32,000 nucleotides of DNA from an uncultured archaeon (GTDB lineage: Archaea; Asgardarchaeota; Thorarchaeia; Thorarchaeales; Thorarchaeaceae), in contig CAYHAA010000013.1 of the NCBI GenBank assembly GCA_964354495.1, positions 30,001 to 62,000 of the forward strand, in the 5' to 3' direction. Positions within the stretch are counted from its first letter, which is position 1; every line of letters starts with the position of its first letter. The notes beneath the pieces were generated by a model, which saw nothing but the letters and a program-made list of their open reading frames with translations, did not search any database and had not been told where the DNA came from. The position numbers were made by a program, and so were the translations under genes. This document shows positions 1 through 9,114 of this stretch, piece by piece.

Positions 1-329
1 CTCCCAGCAGCTACGAAGGTCTGCATAGTTATCTGAAAGAGACGGTCCTTAGCATGCATGTAACCTAGCGCCATGAACGCATCCTTTGCTGCAGCCGCAT
101 AGATGTGGGGGATTCCCAGATGGTCGATAATCACTTCAACATTGGCACCCAGTCCAGGTAACGAAATTGTCTGGTCACCCGGATCCGGTGTGCCATTGTC
201 GAAGATGCCACCAATGGGTTGGATAATGCCTAGTCCTCCAGTCAGTGGACCAAGAGGCATCGAGAGAATCACAATCAATGTTATCGGTCCAACAAACGAG
301 AGGATAAAATTGGCTAATTTCCTTTTCAA
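1..329 (-). CDS. Penicillin acylase family (Ntn hydrolase) paralog, N-terminal part only (runs off left edge)
   Basis: Not in ORF track. Manual translation from TTG at 329: LKRKLANFILSFVGPITLIVILSMPLGPLTGGLGIIQPIGGIFDNG...IDHLGIPHIYA...AFMALGYMHAKDRLFQ, colinear with the N-terminus of 418..3030. GGTGA SD-like sequence lies just upstream. Confidence 0.9.
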   Translation of the reverse strand, partial: MKRKLANFILSFVGPITLIVILSMPLGPLTGGLGIIQPIGGIFDNGTPDPGDQTISLPGLGANVEVIIDHLGIPHIYAAAAKDAFMALGYMHAKDRLFQITMQTFVAAG

Positions 330-417
330 CTCTCACCACTCTCAAGTATGGATTCCAAATACAGTATGCGAAGCGGCTCTTAAGCATACGGAGAAGCCAG
401 CAAGTAAATCACTGGAA

Positions 418-3030
418 TCAGGGGACAAGATTCATCCTTCTCTCAATCCATGTACCGCTTGAGTCCGCACCATAGAACTGCGCCACAGACGCGTAGGCAT
501 AGACCTCATGATAGTGATAATGTTCAGCTTCTTCATCGTAATCGAAATAGAGATGGAATAAGTCATCAAAATGCTCGCTGAAGGGATTGCCACTCTGTCC
601 TCCGGCAACAACTATTCGAGAGTTCTGTCGACTACTGAGGTCAAGCACATATCTATAGACTGGACCGGAGGTCATTTCCCAACCATGTGAGGGGAAGAGT
701 GTGTGCTGTCCTCGGATCGGACCTCCTTTAATGGTAGTCAGCCCAGCCATGTGTTCTATGTTCAGAGTGTGATGAAGACCATAGACCCAGTTGTCTGTAT
801 CAGAGCCATAGGTTGCATGCATCGCATTGATAGCTCTCTGCAATGCTCTAACTAGAATCTGGTCCCGTGTCTCGATGATGCCCGAAGTCCGTTCATCATC
901 AAAGTACTCGGATGTGTTGTCCAGAATGAGCTCTTCAATTACCGGGGAGCGCGGATAGATGCTAGATGGTAGCGCAGCTGACTTCTGCGGTGAGCTTAAC
1001 AGCTCAGGTTCAAGAAAATGCAATTCATCAAAGATCTCGTACTGGATTGCATCGAATAGATGCATCCAGACTGTGGGAGCAATAAGCTCTGTCGCCATCT
1101 CAAAATCCCATTCACGGAAGTACTCGACTACTGGCGCAATTGTCGTGTTGTCATCTCCGGAATCATCCCATGCAGATACAACTAGAGGCACAATGCTTCT
1201 TGCTCTGATCTCGATGGCATCGGCCTGAAACCTCATCATGTCCTCCACGGTCACACTATTGTCACTTGAGAGTAGCTCACTGATTCTTCTGCTGCGATAG
1301 CCATCAACGAACGGACCTACAATCGTGTAATTGTAGGTTGAGGGGTCGATAGGCCTCTGATTAGTTGAAGTAACGAATCCCCTTGACGGATTTATCTCGC
1401 GCGGCAAATGAGCATAGGGTATGTAACTGACCATGCCTATTGAATCATTCACAGCAGTGACAGGATATAATCCACTATAGCCGCTTCTTATTGGAAACAG
1501 CCCGCATACTGTCATGGCGATATTATTCTCGTTGTCAGCATAGGCGAAATTGAATACCGGATTATCCCACCAGTAGATAGCGTCAAAGAATTCCTCCATG
1601 CTGCGAGCTTTGTCGAATTGAAGAGCAGCCATGATTAGATGACTCACACCGTTGCCTGTCCAATTCATAGCCAAGTTACTTGGACTGCCATCTTCCGTTT
1701 CTACGACACCATCGATGAGTGGGCCATGGACAGAAGTCTTGACCTCAAATGGGATATCAACACCCTCTGAAGTATGGATGTCTTCGCTGATCACTTCGAA
1801 AGGCCTGAATTCCCCGTTATAGTAGTATTCACTTTCATTCTCTGGATTTAGTTCTTCTGCAAAGATATCTAGAACATCGACTCCGCCATTCGTGAAGCCC
1901 CAAGCAATGTAATCGTTGAAACCAGCTTCAATCGAAGGCATTCCGGGCAAGCTGATACCGCGAACATTCAACTCACCAGGAACGGAGATATGAACTTCAT
2001 AGACTAGATTAGGCGCAGTCAGTGGCATATGAGCATCCATACATAGAATTGGATACGCTGTGGCAGACTTGGATCCAGAAACAGCCCAATTATTGCTTCC
2101 AAGAGCATTCTTGATGCCAAAGGGGTCTACGATACTTGCTAGTTCGTTAATCAGTAAATCCAGTTTCTGGGTTTCAATCACGGCAATATTCTCTTGTGCG
2201 GTCAGCAACGGCACGATAGGTGCAGCATGACCACCAGGTGCGTCGGGATACTCTGAAGAATTCAGATTGGTCTGTTCACTTATCGTGAAATTCGTATATG
2301 GCATGATATCAGGATACAGTGCCTCGTATAGAGTATCATTCTCGATATTTCCTTTGAGCCATAGTCTCATGAGATCATTGAAATCCCCTGTCAGGCCCCA
2401 GGTTATGAAAGATGCACCAAGGAACATATCAACCATTGTCCATGGTTCCGGTCTTATTCTTAGAAGCTTGAACTCAATTGGAGTGCTCTCACTGGTCATG
2501 TGGTCTATGAAATAATTGATGCCAGCTACCTGACCTTCCATGAGATCAAGGGCATATTGTACCTCTGGATATACTGCAGCATTTCCGACGAACCAGTCCA
2601 TGCTTGTTTGAGCTGCTCTTTTCAATCCGATAGTTCTATACACTTTATCAGAACTATTCGCATAGCCTCCGACAATCTCGCAAATGCGACCTGCAGCAAG
2701 GCGATTCTGTATGACCATCTGAAACAAGCGGTCCCTGGCATGCATGTAACCAAGACCCATGTAAGCATCCACAGTGTTGTTTGCGTAGATATGCGGAACT
2801 CCATATTGGTCGATCAAGATGACTACCTCATCTTCAAGGCCTGGCAGCCTTAGTGTTTGCACGACGGGTTCATTCAAACCACGTCCTACATCGAAGACTC
2901 CTCCCCAAGGCTGCAATATCCCGAGGCCACCGGTCAGTGGACCAATTGGCATTGTTAGTAGCACTGTCAAAGCAATTGGCCCGATGAAAGAGAGGCCGAA
3001 GTTGATGAACTTCCTCTTCACGTTCTCCAA
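418..3030 (-). CDS. Membrane-anchored penicillin acylase/acyl-amidase family Ntn hydrolase
   Basis: Alpha-chain motifs DQYGVPHIYA and GYMHARDRLFQ; beta-chain start G|SNNWAVSG with nucleophile Ser; C-terminal GGQSGNPFSEHFDD; N-terminal hydrophobic anchor; many N-x-S/T sequons. Confidence 0.93.
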   Translation of the reverse strand: MENVKRKFINFGLSFIGPIALTVLLTMPIGPLTGGLGILQPWGGVFDVGRGLNEPVVQTLRLPGLEDEVVILIDQYGVPHIYANNTVDAYMGLGYMHARDRLFQMVIQNRLAAGRICEIVGGYANSSDKVYRTIGLKRAAQTSMDWFVGNAAVYPEVQYALDLMEGQVAGINYFIDHMTSESTPIEFKLLRIRPEPWTMVDMFLGASFITWGLTGDFNDLMRLWLKGNIENDTLYEALYPDIMPYTNFTISEQTNLNSSEYPDAPGGHAAPIVPLLTAQENIAVIETQKLDLLINELASIVDPFGIKNALGSNNWAVSGSKSATAYPILCMDAHMPLTAPNLVYEVHISVPGELNVRGISLPGMPSIEAGFNDYIAWGFTNGGVDVLDIFAEELNPENESEYYYNGEFRPFEVISEDIHTSEGVDIPFEVKTSVHGPLIDGVVETEDGSPSNLAMNWTGNGVSHLIMAALQFDKARSMEEFFDAIYWWDNPVFNFAYADNENNIAMTVCGLFPIRSGYSGLYPVTAVNDSIGMVSYIPYAHLPREINPSRGFVTSTNQRPIDPSTYNYTIVGPFVDGYRSRRISELLSSDNSVTVEDMMRFQADAIEIRARSIVPLVVSAWDDSGDDNTTIAPVVEYFREWDFEMATELIAPTVWMHLFDAIQYEIFDELHFLEPELLSSPQKSAALPSSIYPRSPVIEELILDNTSEYFDDERTSGIIETRDQILVRALQRAINAMHATYGSDTDNWVYGLHHTLNIEHMAGLTTIKGGPIRGQHTLFPSHGWEMTSGPVYRYVLDLSSRQNSRIVVAGGQSGNPFSEHFDDLFHLYFDYDEEAEHYHYHEVYAYASVAQFYGADSSGTWIERRMNLVP

Positions 3031-3036
3031 CTCTTC

Positions 3037-3444
3037 CTAGAATTCAATCAACGAGCAATGAACGAAGTATCTCTTAAGCATTCTGAGAAATGAGAGAATC
3101 TGCAACTGCAGGAATGAATGACTTGCACTCAATTTCTGGAGAGCTCCAATCCGCATCCTTCGAAGATTGATTAGTTGCAGTACAATATCAAAGAAGAAGA
3201 AACTCGCAGCTAAGAGCGCCATCAGGGTAAGGAGAATAAAAAGATAGAATCTATCTACAACAGCAATCGCGGACACCCAATAGAAATCAAAGAGAAGGCA
3301 TGCAACTATGAAAGCAGACATGACCAGATAGCATATTCTGATTCTGTGCATGCTCGGGGGACCTAATCTAGAGTACAGGTAGAAGAAGACCAATGGAACA
3401 TAGCACCCGAGAAGAAAAGAGAACGGCAAGAGAGTGAAGTCCAA
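3037..3444 (-). CDS. Hypothetical small integral membrane protein (~3 TM)
   Basis: 135-aa Leu/Phe-rich ORF with about three hydrophobic segments; stop lies 6 nt before the acylase start; no family recognised. Confidence 0.55.
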   Translation of the reverse strand: MDFTLLPFSFLLGCYVPLVFFYLYSRLGPPSMHRIRICYLVMSAFIVACLLFDFYWVSAIAVVDRFYLFILLTLMALLAASFFFFDIVLQLINLRRMRIGALQKLSASHSFLQLQILSFLRMLKRYFVHCSLIEF

Positions 3445-3602
3445 CTATTCCACCGACCTATCCTGAAATGAATAGTATCTGCTTAGTTATGAAATCACTG
3501 ATTCCAGTATCTGAGAACAATGATACACCTCATCTCTTCATTTTGACAATAGGCAATCTTTTTCTGCAAGCTGCATTGAGGTTAGAGAGGTTGTGATCTA
3601 CC

Positions 3603-4649
3603 ATGGTTAAAACAGATAGTTTTCGAGGAAGGGACTTCATCACCCTGCTGGAATACACTAAGGAGGAGGTAGAAACCCTCCTTGAGGTCGGTCTTGACCT
3701 GAAACGTAAGTTCGCAACAGGCGAGCCGCACAAGCTGCTTGATGCGAAGACACTCTTCATGATCTTCTATAACCAGAGTCTGAGAACTCGCAACTCCTTT
3801 GAGGCGGGAATGACGCAGCTAGGCGGTCATGCACACTTTCTTGACCCCGATAAGATATATGCGCCTGCCTTGGAAGGCGATGAGAAGGCCTATTCCACGG
3901 AACGCGTATCCGATGTAGCACGTGTTCTCGCACGGATGGGTCATGGTATTGCGATTCGATGCTATGGAGACCCTGTTGGTTGGATATATGGTCGTGCGAA
4001 CGAGATCATCCGCAACTTTGCATACTGGAGCAGTATCCCGGTCATCAACATGGAGGACGATAAGTATCACCCCTGCCAGGCCCTAGCAGACCTTATGACT
4101 GTTAAGGAGAAGTTTGGCACGTTCAAGGGTGTGAAGTTCGTCATGTCTTGGGCCTACTCGCCCTCAGTGCACAAGCCACTGGCTGTGCCACAGAGTGCAG
4201 TCATTGCAGCAACCAAGATGGGCATGGAAACAGTACTGGCTCACCCAAAGGGTATGGAACTTGATGATGAAGTCATCAAGCAGTGCAAGATATACGCTGA
4301 AGAGAATGAATCGAGTTTCGACATAGTCAATGACATGGACGAAGCCTTCGAGGGAGCAGATGTTGTGTATCCAAAGGCCTGGACATGCAGAGGCAACATT
4401 CCGCCTTGGAGCGCCAAACCTGATCTTCAGAAGTCGCAGATTCTCTTCGACAAGAACAAGCACTGGATCTGTGATGATGCAAAGATGAAGATTGCAGGAC
4501 CAAAGGCAGCCTACATGCACTGCCTACCCTGTGACCGTGGTTTCGAGGTCACGAACTCCGTTATTGATGGTCCTCAGTCGATCGCATTCGATCAGGCAGA
4601 GAATAGGTTACACGCTCAGAAGGCAGTCATGGCACTAACAATGCGGTAG
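3603..4649 (+). CDS. Carbamoyltransferase (OTCase/ATCase superfamily), knotted YgeW/AOTCase-like type, substrate uncertain
   Basis: Carbamoyl-phosphate motif SLRTR, HPCQALAD, HCLPCDRG, AENRLHAQKA; proline-rich loop WAYSPSVHKPLAVPQ and YPKAW; no DxxxSMG ornithine motif; SD-like GAGGTTGTGA. Confidence 0.88.
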   Translation: MVKTDSFRGRDFITLLEYTKEEVETLLEVGLDLKRKFATGEPHKLLDAKTLFMIFYNQSLRTRNSFEAGMTQLGGHAHFLDPDKIYAPALEGDEKAYSTERVSDVARVLARMGHGIAIRCYGDPVGWIYGRANEIIRNFAYWSSIPVINMEDDKYHPCQALADLMTVKEKFGTFKGVKFVMSWAYSPSVHKPLAVPQSAVIAATKMGMETVLAHPKGMELDDEVIKQCKIYAEENESSFDIVNDMDEAFEGADVVYPKAWTCRGNIPPWSAKPDLQKSQILFDKNKHWICDDAKMKIAGPKAAYMHCLPCDRGFEVTNSVIDGPQSIAFDQAENRLHAQKAVMALTMR

Positions 4650-4680
4650 CTCGCACAAGGGCTACCCTCTTTCTTTCTAT
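4645..4680 (+). terminator. Hairpin plus pyrimidine-tract terminator candidate
   Basis: GGTAGCTC-gcacaa-GGGCTACC (8 bp including one G-U) overlapping the stop codon, followed by CTCTTTCTTTCT. Confidence 0.55.
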
Positions 4681-4808
4681 CCACAAAGTCGACTTGCTGG
4701 GGATATACCGCGATTCTGGCGATGAGTCCATAACCAGAGCTGTAGAAGTACAGTTTCACGGACGATTGTATTCTCTCTGACAGTATGCCTGAACAACAAC
4801 ACTGATTT

Positions 4809-5405
4809 GTGTCTGCTATGAGTATCACAGACATGGCAGGTCGAGAGAGATTTGACCTTCTCGTTGTTACAGTAATGGTAGCGTGTATGATTACGATAAT
4901 TTTGGGTTCGACATTCATTGCTGCATTCATACGTTACCAAATGAATCAAGCGCATCCGCTTCCTCCTGTGATTCCTGCGTCAGAGCTTCCGGGCGAAGAG
5001 ATGAGTCCTACTCAAGTTGGGAGTCTCATCTTTTGTATCGACTGCAGAATAATTACTTCTCACACACACAGCGGAATAAAGGGAGTAGACTTCTATCTAG
5101 AAGGCAATGTCACGAATATCGGAACAGATACAATTGACGATCTGTGTTTTCAGAGAATGACTGTTTACTGGGCAGACGGAGGGGCAAACTTCACATCAGG
5201 AATCCTACCGTCAACGAATCACACAATTGGGGCTGGGTTCACAATCGAACTGGATCTTGACAACGCATACGACTGGCCTGAAATTCCAGTCGACCTGTGC
5301 GGGGGTGGTGGAACGGCCTATGGACGACTACTAATAACCTATGATACGAATGACACATTCATCATCACCACACCGCTCACTTGGATTATTCATGCGGTGG
5401 AGTAG
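4809..5405 (+). CDS. Hypothetical single-pass membrane-anchored exported protein
   Basis: N-terminal TM (LLVVTVMVACMITIILGSTFIAAFI), Pro-rich linker, beta-rich domain with sequons NVT, NFT, NHT, NDT; true start may be a downstream ATG. Confidence 0.75.
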   Translation: MSAMSITDMAGRERFDLLVVTVMVACMITIILGSTFIAAFIRYQMNQAHPLPPVIPASELPGEEMSPTQVGSLIFCIDCRIITSHTHSGIKGVDFYLEGNVTNIGTDTIDDLCFQRMTVYWADGGANFTSGILPSTNHTIGAGFTIELDLDNAYDWPEIPVDLCGGGGTAYGRLLITYDTNDTFIITTPLTWIIHAVE

Positions 5406-5464
5406 TCATTGGCGTTGTTAACGACAAACCCTGAGAGAGGTCTTCCTCTTGGCTGTCCAGATCT

Positions 5465-5755
5465 TTAGTCTATTGGCAGCTCTTCAGTAGTCGAGAAGGC
5501 CTTGAATATGAAAGCCATACAAAGTCCTATGAAGAAGAGGATTACCAAGAAGTTTGCCATGACACCTGGCCCTGTCACTTCGTTCAGGATGAAATATGGG
5601 CCGTGCACTTCATTCCAAGCGCTAAGACCCGTGACCTCGCTAACGAATTCGATTACTACCCACATAGCTGGAAGCGAGAGGAGCGCTCCTGAAATATAGA
5701 TGAGTCTCAAGATCCACGGGTGTCTGTTATGCCACGGTTTTGTAGACGTTGTCAT
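5465..5755 (-). CDS. Small two-TM protein, stand-alone paralog of the C-terminal module of 5912..6817
   Basis: SEVTGLSAWNEVHGPYFILNEVTGP is 21/25 identical to the neighbour; both share KAFST near the C-terminus; GGAG upstream; an in-frame stop upstream fixes the start. Confidence 0.85.
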   Translation of the reverse strand: MTTSTKPWHNRHPWILRLIYISGALLSLPAMWVVIEFVSEVTGLSAWNEVHGPYFILNEVTGPGVMANFLVILFFIGLCMAFIFKAFSTTEELPID

Positions 5756-5911
5756 AGACCATTACTCCGTGCCGGCAATTTGACGCCTTCTGTTCCATTA
5801 CAATCATGGAGCATAGAAACTAATCACCTTTTCTTGCCTGTCCGTTATGAATACTCCTATCCAAGCACAGTATCTATTGACTTGCCCTTCTATATCACAA
5901 TCCAGTTCAAC

Positions 5912-6817
5912 TCAAAACTCAATTTGATCCGCTGTTGAGAAGGCTTTGTAGATGAACGCCAACGAGAGACTGATAAAGCAAATAATAGCCAAGATTGAAG
6001 CCATGACAGGAGGCCCTGTTATTTCGTTAAGAATAAAGAAAGGCCCGTGAACTTCGCTCCAATGAGAGAGCCCTGTAACTTCGCTAATGAATTGAAGCGA
6101 GAAACCCATTATGACAAACGAGAAAAGAGAGGCTCCAAGAAAGGCAACGCGTCTCAACCACGCCCCTCTCCACCATGGCCTTTTCGTCTTTGGCAGGCTA
6201 GATAGTACTTCGTGCTTTGCTTCTCTGTTCCAGTTCTTTGTGCTAGTCGTGACTCTCTTCCTGACTCCAGTCGAAGTTATCAACTTCGCATCTCTATAGT
6301 TGACCAGCCTGCTTGTGAAGTAGTATTTGGTCTGTGCCCATGTTATGTCATACTGACGCTTCAGAAGCTTATTCATCGAATAGAGGGAGAGTACGAAACT
6401 GAAAGCACCTGTCCAAAAGGGAGGATAGGCCATACCACCGATCCATGGAATGTAGAAGAAAGTCACATTATAGCCGACCATGGCAATTCGTAGAGCAATT
6501 ACGAATGAGAACGCAAAGGTATCCGGACCACCAGGCCTCCAACGCGTGTGGAGATAGTACGAACCGGCCATCATGCAGAAGAATGTGAAACCCAGAATGT
6601 TGAGCAGAGACCATGGAAGCCAGAAACCAGCAGCAAGCAGCTCCCGGGTAATGGGATTGAACTCGACCTCATATCCGTAGATCTCCGTCATTCCAATCGT
6701 ATAGATTGAATCAACAATCCCGATCGGGATGAGCATCAGCACTAGCGACCTAACCCATCGGACCGTTGACCAACCTGTGAATAGCTCCATTGGAGTGATG
6801 GTCGAGAGATTCTTCAT
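5912..6817 (-). CDS. Multi-pass membrane protein; N-terminal DUF5658-like D..T...E.NP motif, C-terminal two-TM module
   Basis: IVDSIYTIGMTEIYGYEVEFNPITRELL motif; about six hydrophobic segments; basic cytoplasmic linker. ATG at 6817 preferred over the track's TTG at 6859. The DUF assignment is from motif memory. Confidence 0.8.
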   Translation of the reverse strand: MKNLSTITPMELFTGWSTVRWVRSLVLMLIPIGIVDSIYTIGMTEIYGYEVEFNPITRELLAAGFWLPWSLLNILGFTFFCMMAGSYYLHTRWRPGGPDTFAFSFVIALRIAMVGYNVTFFYIPWIGGMAYPPFWTGAFSFVLSLYSMNKLLKRQYDITWAQTKYYFTSRLVNYRDAKLITSTGVRKRVTTSTKNWNREAKHEVLSSLPKTKRPWWRGAWLRRVAFLGASLFSFVIMGFSLQFISEVTGLSHWSEVHGPFFILNEITGPPVMASILAIICFISLSLAFIYKAFSTADQIEF

Positions 6818-7025
6818 CAGTTCAATTTCCTTCTTCAGTAAGCAGAACAGAGCTGTCAATATAACAGTTAGCCACTGAGCAAAATCAAAGTGTTAGAGTA
6901 GCATACATAAACAAGAAATCGATATTGAAACACGTGTGCTTCTGCCGAATCGACTGAGTCCTGTTCTGACATTTCGAAATAGAATCAGATGCCAAATTCA
7001 GGAATCACTGGGGAGAGTGAGGTGA

Positions 7026-7065
7026 AGAAAAAGAAAAGGATGACAGAGGCCGAAGCCTCTGCATC
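7026..7065 (-). terminator. Intrinsic-type terminator downstream of the substrate-binding protein gene
   Basis: Minus strand reads GATG-CAGAGGC-ttcg-GCCTCTG-t-CATC then CTTTTCTTTTTCTTC; C(UUCG)G tetraloop. Confidence 0.75.
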
Positions 7066-7081
7066 TTGCACTTAGCTACTT

Positions 7082-8932
7082 CTATGTAGTGTACGTCTTG
7101 TACAGGTGGAAGAAGTATATGTCGTGCATTGGGTTGTAGATTAGACCATCGCCGTGCATCCATACTCTCCAAGTTCTGAACTCAGTTGCCTGGTAGACCC
7201 AGAGGTATGGAGCCTCATCAGCTACTTCCTGGTGAATAAGGTTGTAGTACCCCATTCTGTCCTCAGGAGTTGTCGCAGACTTGGCCAACAGGTAGTTTGC
7301 GTTGACTATGCTGTTGTTGAAACCAATTCTCTGAGCGTAGGTACCCCACTCATAGCAGAACGGATAGACATAGTTGTCTGGGTCTGCATAGTCGGGTGCC
7401 CAGCCTACGAAGAAGATAGGCATCTGGCGGTTCCTAATCTGGTCTAGGTAGTTGGACCACTCAAGAGCTTGGGTGGTGAACTCCATTGTGCCAGCAATCC
7501 CTGTTAGGTTCGCGTCATCATGAGCGACCACGAGTGATAGACCGTCTGCGAGCAGGAGTGAACCCTGTTCTCTCACAGTGTTACCACTGTTGTAGTAGAT
7601 AGTGAGGGTCTGATCCATGTCATTCAGAGTCTGAACAAATAGTGGGTCGTTCATAGCCTCGTTCCATTCAGCAACTGCTAGTGTGATGTTGTAGGCGTAT
7701 GTGTAGTATGATGCGTTGTAGCCAAACATTCCGTACGGAATTGGACCTTTAGCCTGCCTACCCATACCGTTGACTGCAGCACCCATGAAGGCGTCATAGT
7801 CAAAGGCGTAGGATGAGCACTGTCTGAAGTCCCTGTTTGCATAGGGGCTTCTGACAACCTCACCACTGGTCAAGTTGAAGGTAGCCATGTTGAATCCAAA
7901 GAACATCACTGTATAGCTCGCGCCGCCAGTGTTAACGTGAATGTTTGCATCCAATGACTCAGCAGATGTTGTGTTATAGATATCGGGAACGTTTGTGGTC
8001 GGCCAGTAACAACCATCTGTTGTACCGGCTCTAAGGTTGAGTGACCTGCCGTTGACGTCCTCGTTGGTCCTGATGTAGATCCTCTCAATTGAACCTGCAC
8101 CAGTGCTGGTTGAAGTTCTCCAGTAGTCGGGGTTTATGTCCAGCTGAATGTACTGATCTGGTACCCAGTTCGTGACCATGTATGGACCAGTTCCACAGGT
8201 GTGGCTTGCCATGTAGTTGTCGTACTCACCGTAGTCAACACCATAGCCCGCCCAGTTTGCATAAGTTGTGTTGGTTGCATGGGCAATAGCGAAGCTGGGG
8301 CTCATCACAGCACCGACTTCGTATGTCAGGGCTGCCATGAATGGCAGATATGGTTCAGCAAGACGGAACCTGATCGTGGACTCATCGATAACGATGATGG
8401 AGCTAGAGTTCTCTACCCAGTCCTCGAAGGCTGCTGCGAAAGCGGCTGAGGAAGGTCCATCGCCATATGCGGCGGCCTCAACTGCACCACCACCAACAAG
8501 GGGTTCAGCAACCATCCAGACAGGACCGTCAAGATAGAAGATCTTCGTTGCACGCTCGATGTTCCATTTGACACAACTGGCATTGAATGGAGTACCATCG
8601 TGGAAGGTGATACCCGTCCGCAACGTGATTGTGTAGTTCAGACCATCAGCGGACAATTCGTATGTTGACGCAGCCAATAGTGGCACTGATGGATCGGTTA
8701 CAGCGCTGTTCCACGGATAGGTGTACAGCGTTTCATATACATTGTATGATATCCATGAACCGAAGGTTTCATAGTCGACATGTGGGTCCAAATAGTCGGG
8801 GTTGCCAATTGTTTCCCAGATCAGAGTGTTCTCTGGCGGCCTAGTCGGCTGCTGCATCCAGATAAAGGCAACACCTGCACCCGCAATAACAACTACGATA
8901 ACAACGATTGCTAGGAGTTGATTTCTTTGCAC
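7082..8932 (-). CDS. ABC transporter substrate-binding protein, family 5 (peptide/nickel type)
   Basis: N-terminal anchor; LDPH..YE, YETLY, LSADGLNYTITLRTGITFHDGTPFNASCVKWNIER, GTGPYMVTNW, GWAPDYADPD; GGAGG SD before GTG; many sequons. Confidence 0.95.
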   Translation of the reverse strand: MQRNQLLAIVVIVVVIAGAGVAFIWMQQPTRPPENTLIWETIGNPDYLDPHVDYETFGSWISYNVYETLYTYPWNSAVTDPSVPLLAASTYELSADGLNYTITLRTGITFHDGTPFNASCVKWNIERATKIFYLDGPVWMVAEPLVGGGAVEAAAYGDGPSSAAFAAAFEDWVENSSSIIVIDESTIRFRLAEPYLPFMAALTYEVGAVMSPSFAIAHATNTTYANWAGYGVDYGEYDNYMASHTCGTGPYMVTNWVPDQYIQLDINPDYWRTSTSTGAGSIERIYIRTNEDVNGRSLNLRAGTTDGCYWPTTNVPDIYNTTSAESLDANIHVNTGGASYTVMFFGFNMATFNLTSGEVVRSPYANRDFRQCSSYAFDYDAFMGAAVNGMGRQAKGPIPYGMFGYNASYYTYAYNITLAVAEWNEAMNDPLFVQTLNDMDQTLTIYYNSGNTVREQGSLLLADGLSLVVAHDDANLTGIAGTMEFTTQALEWSNYLDQIRNRQMPIFFVGWAPDYADPDNYVYPFCYEWGTYAQRIGFNNSIVNANYLLAKSATTPEDRMGYYNLIHQEVADEAPYLWVYQATEFRTWRVWMHGDGLIYNPMHDIYFFHLYKTYTT

Positions 8933-9024
8933 TTAGCTTCCTCCGGAATTTCCTTAGAAAGTACATTCAGTTGCGACAGAATAAGTCGGAACGGATTGGA
9001 TAGAAGCGGTAGAGTCCTATAGGA

Positions 9025-9037
9025 GTTTAAGCCTTTT
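9025..9037 (-). promoter_or_regulatory. Candidate BRE/TATA for the substrate-binding protein gene
   Basis: Minus strand AAAAGG-CTTAAAC about 95 nt upstream of the GTG; adjacent 10-bp palindrome TCCTATAGGA (9015-9024). Confidence 0.4.
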
Positions 9038-9114
9038 GGACCTTCTACCAACTTGAAGCTATTTGTTACATCAAGTGCTAATATAGATACCGGTCAAACA
9101 GTCCTTTTGAACGG

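Noticed and set aside
3468-3596. 42-codon ORF ending at the SD of the carbamoyltransferase
   Set aside because: Only two Arg codons, no amino-acid enrichment and no alternative hairpins; likely chance.
9015-9024. 10-bp palindrome TCCTATAGGA by the substrate-binding protein TATA box
   Set aside because: Short and single; noted in the promoter feature but too weak to call an operator.
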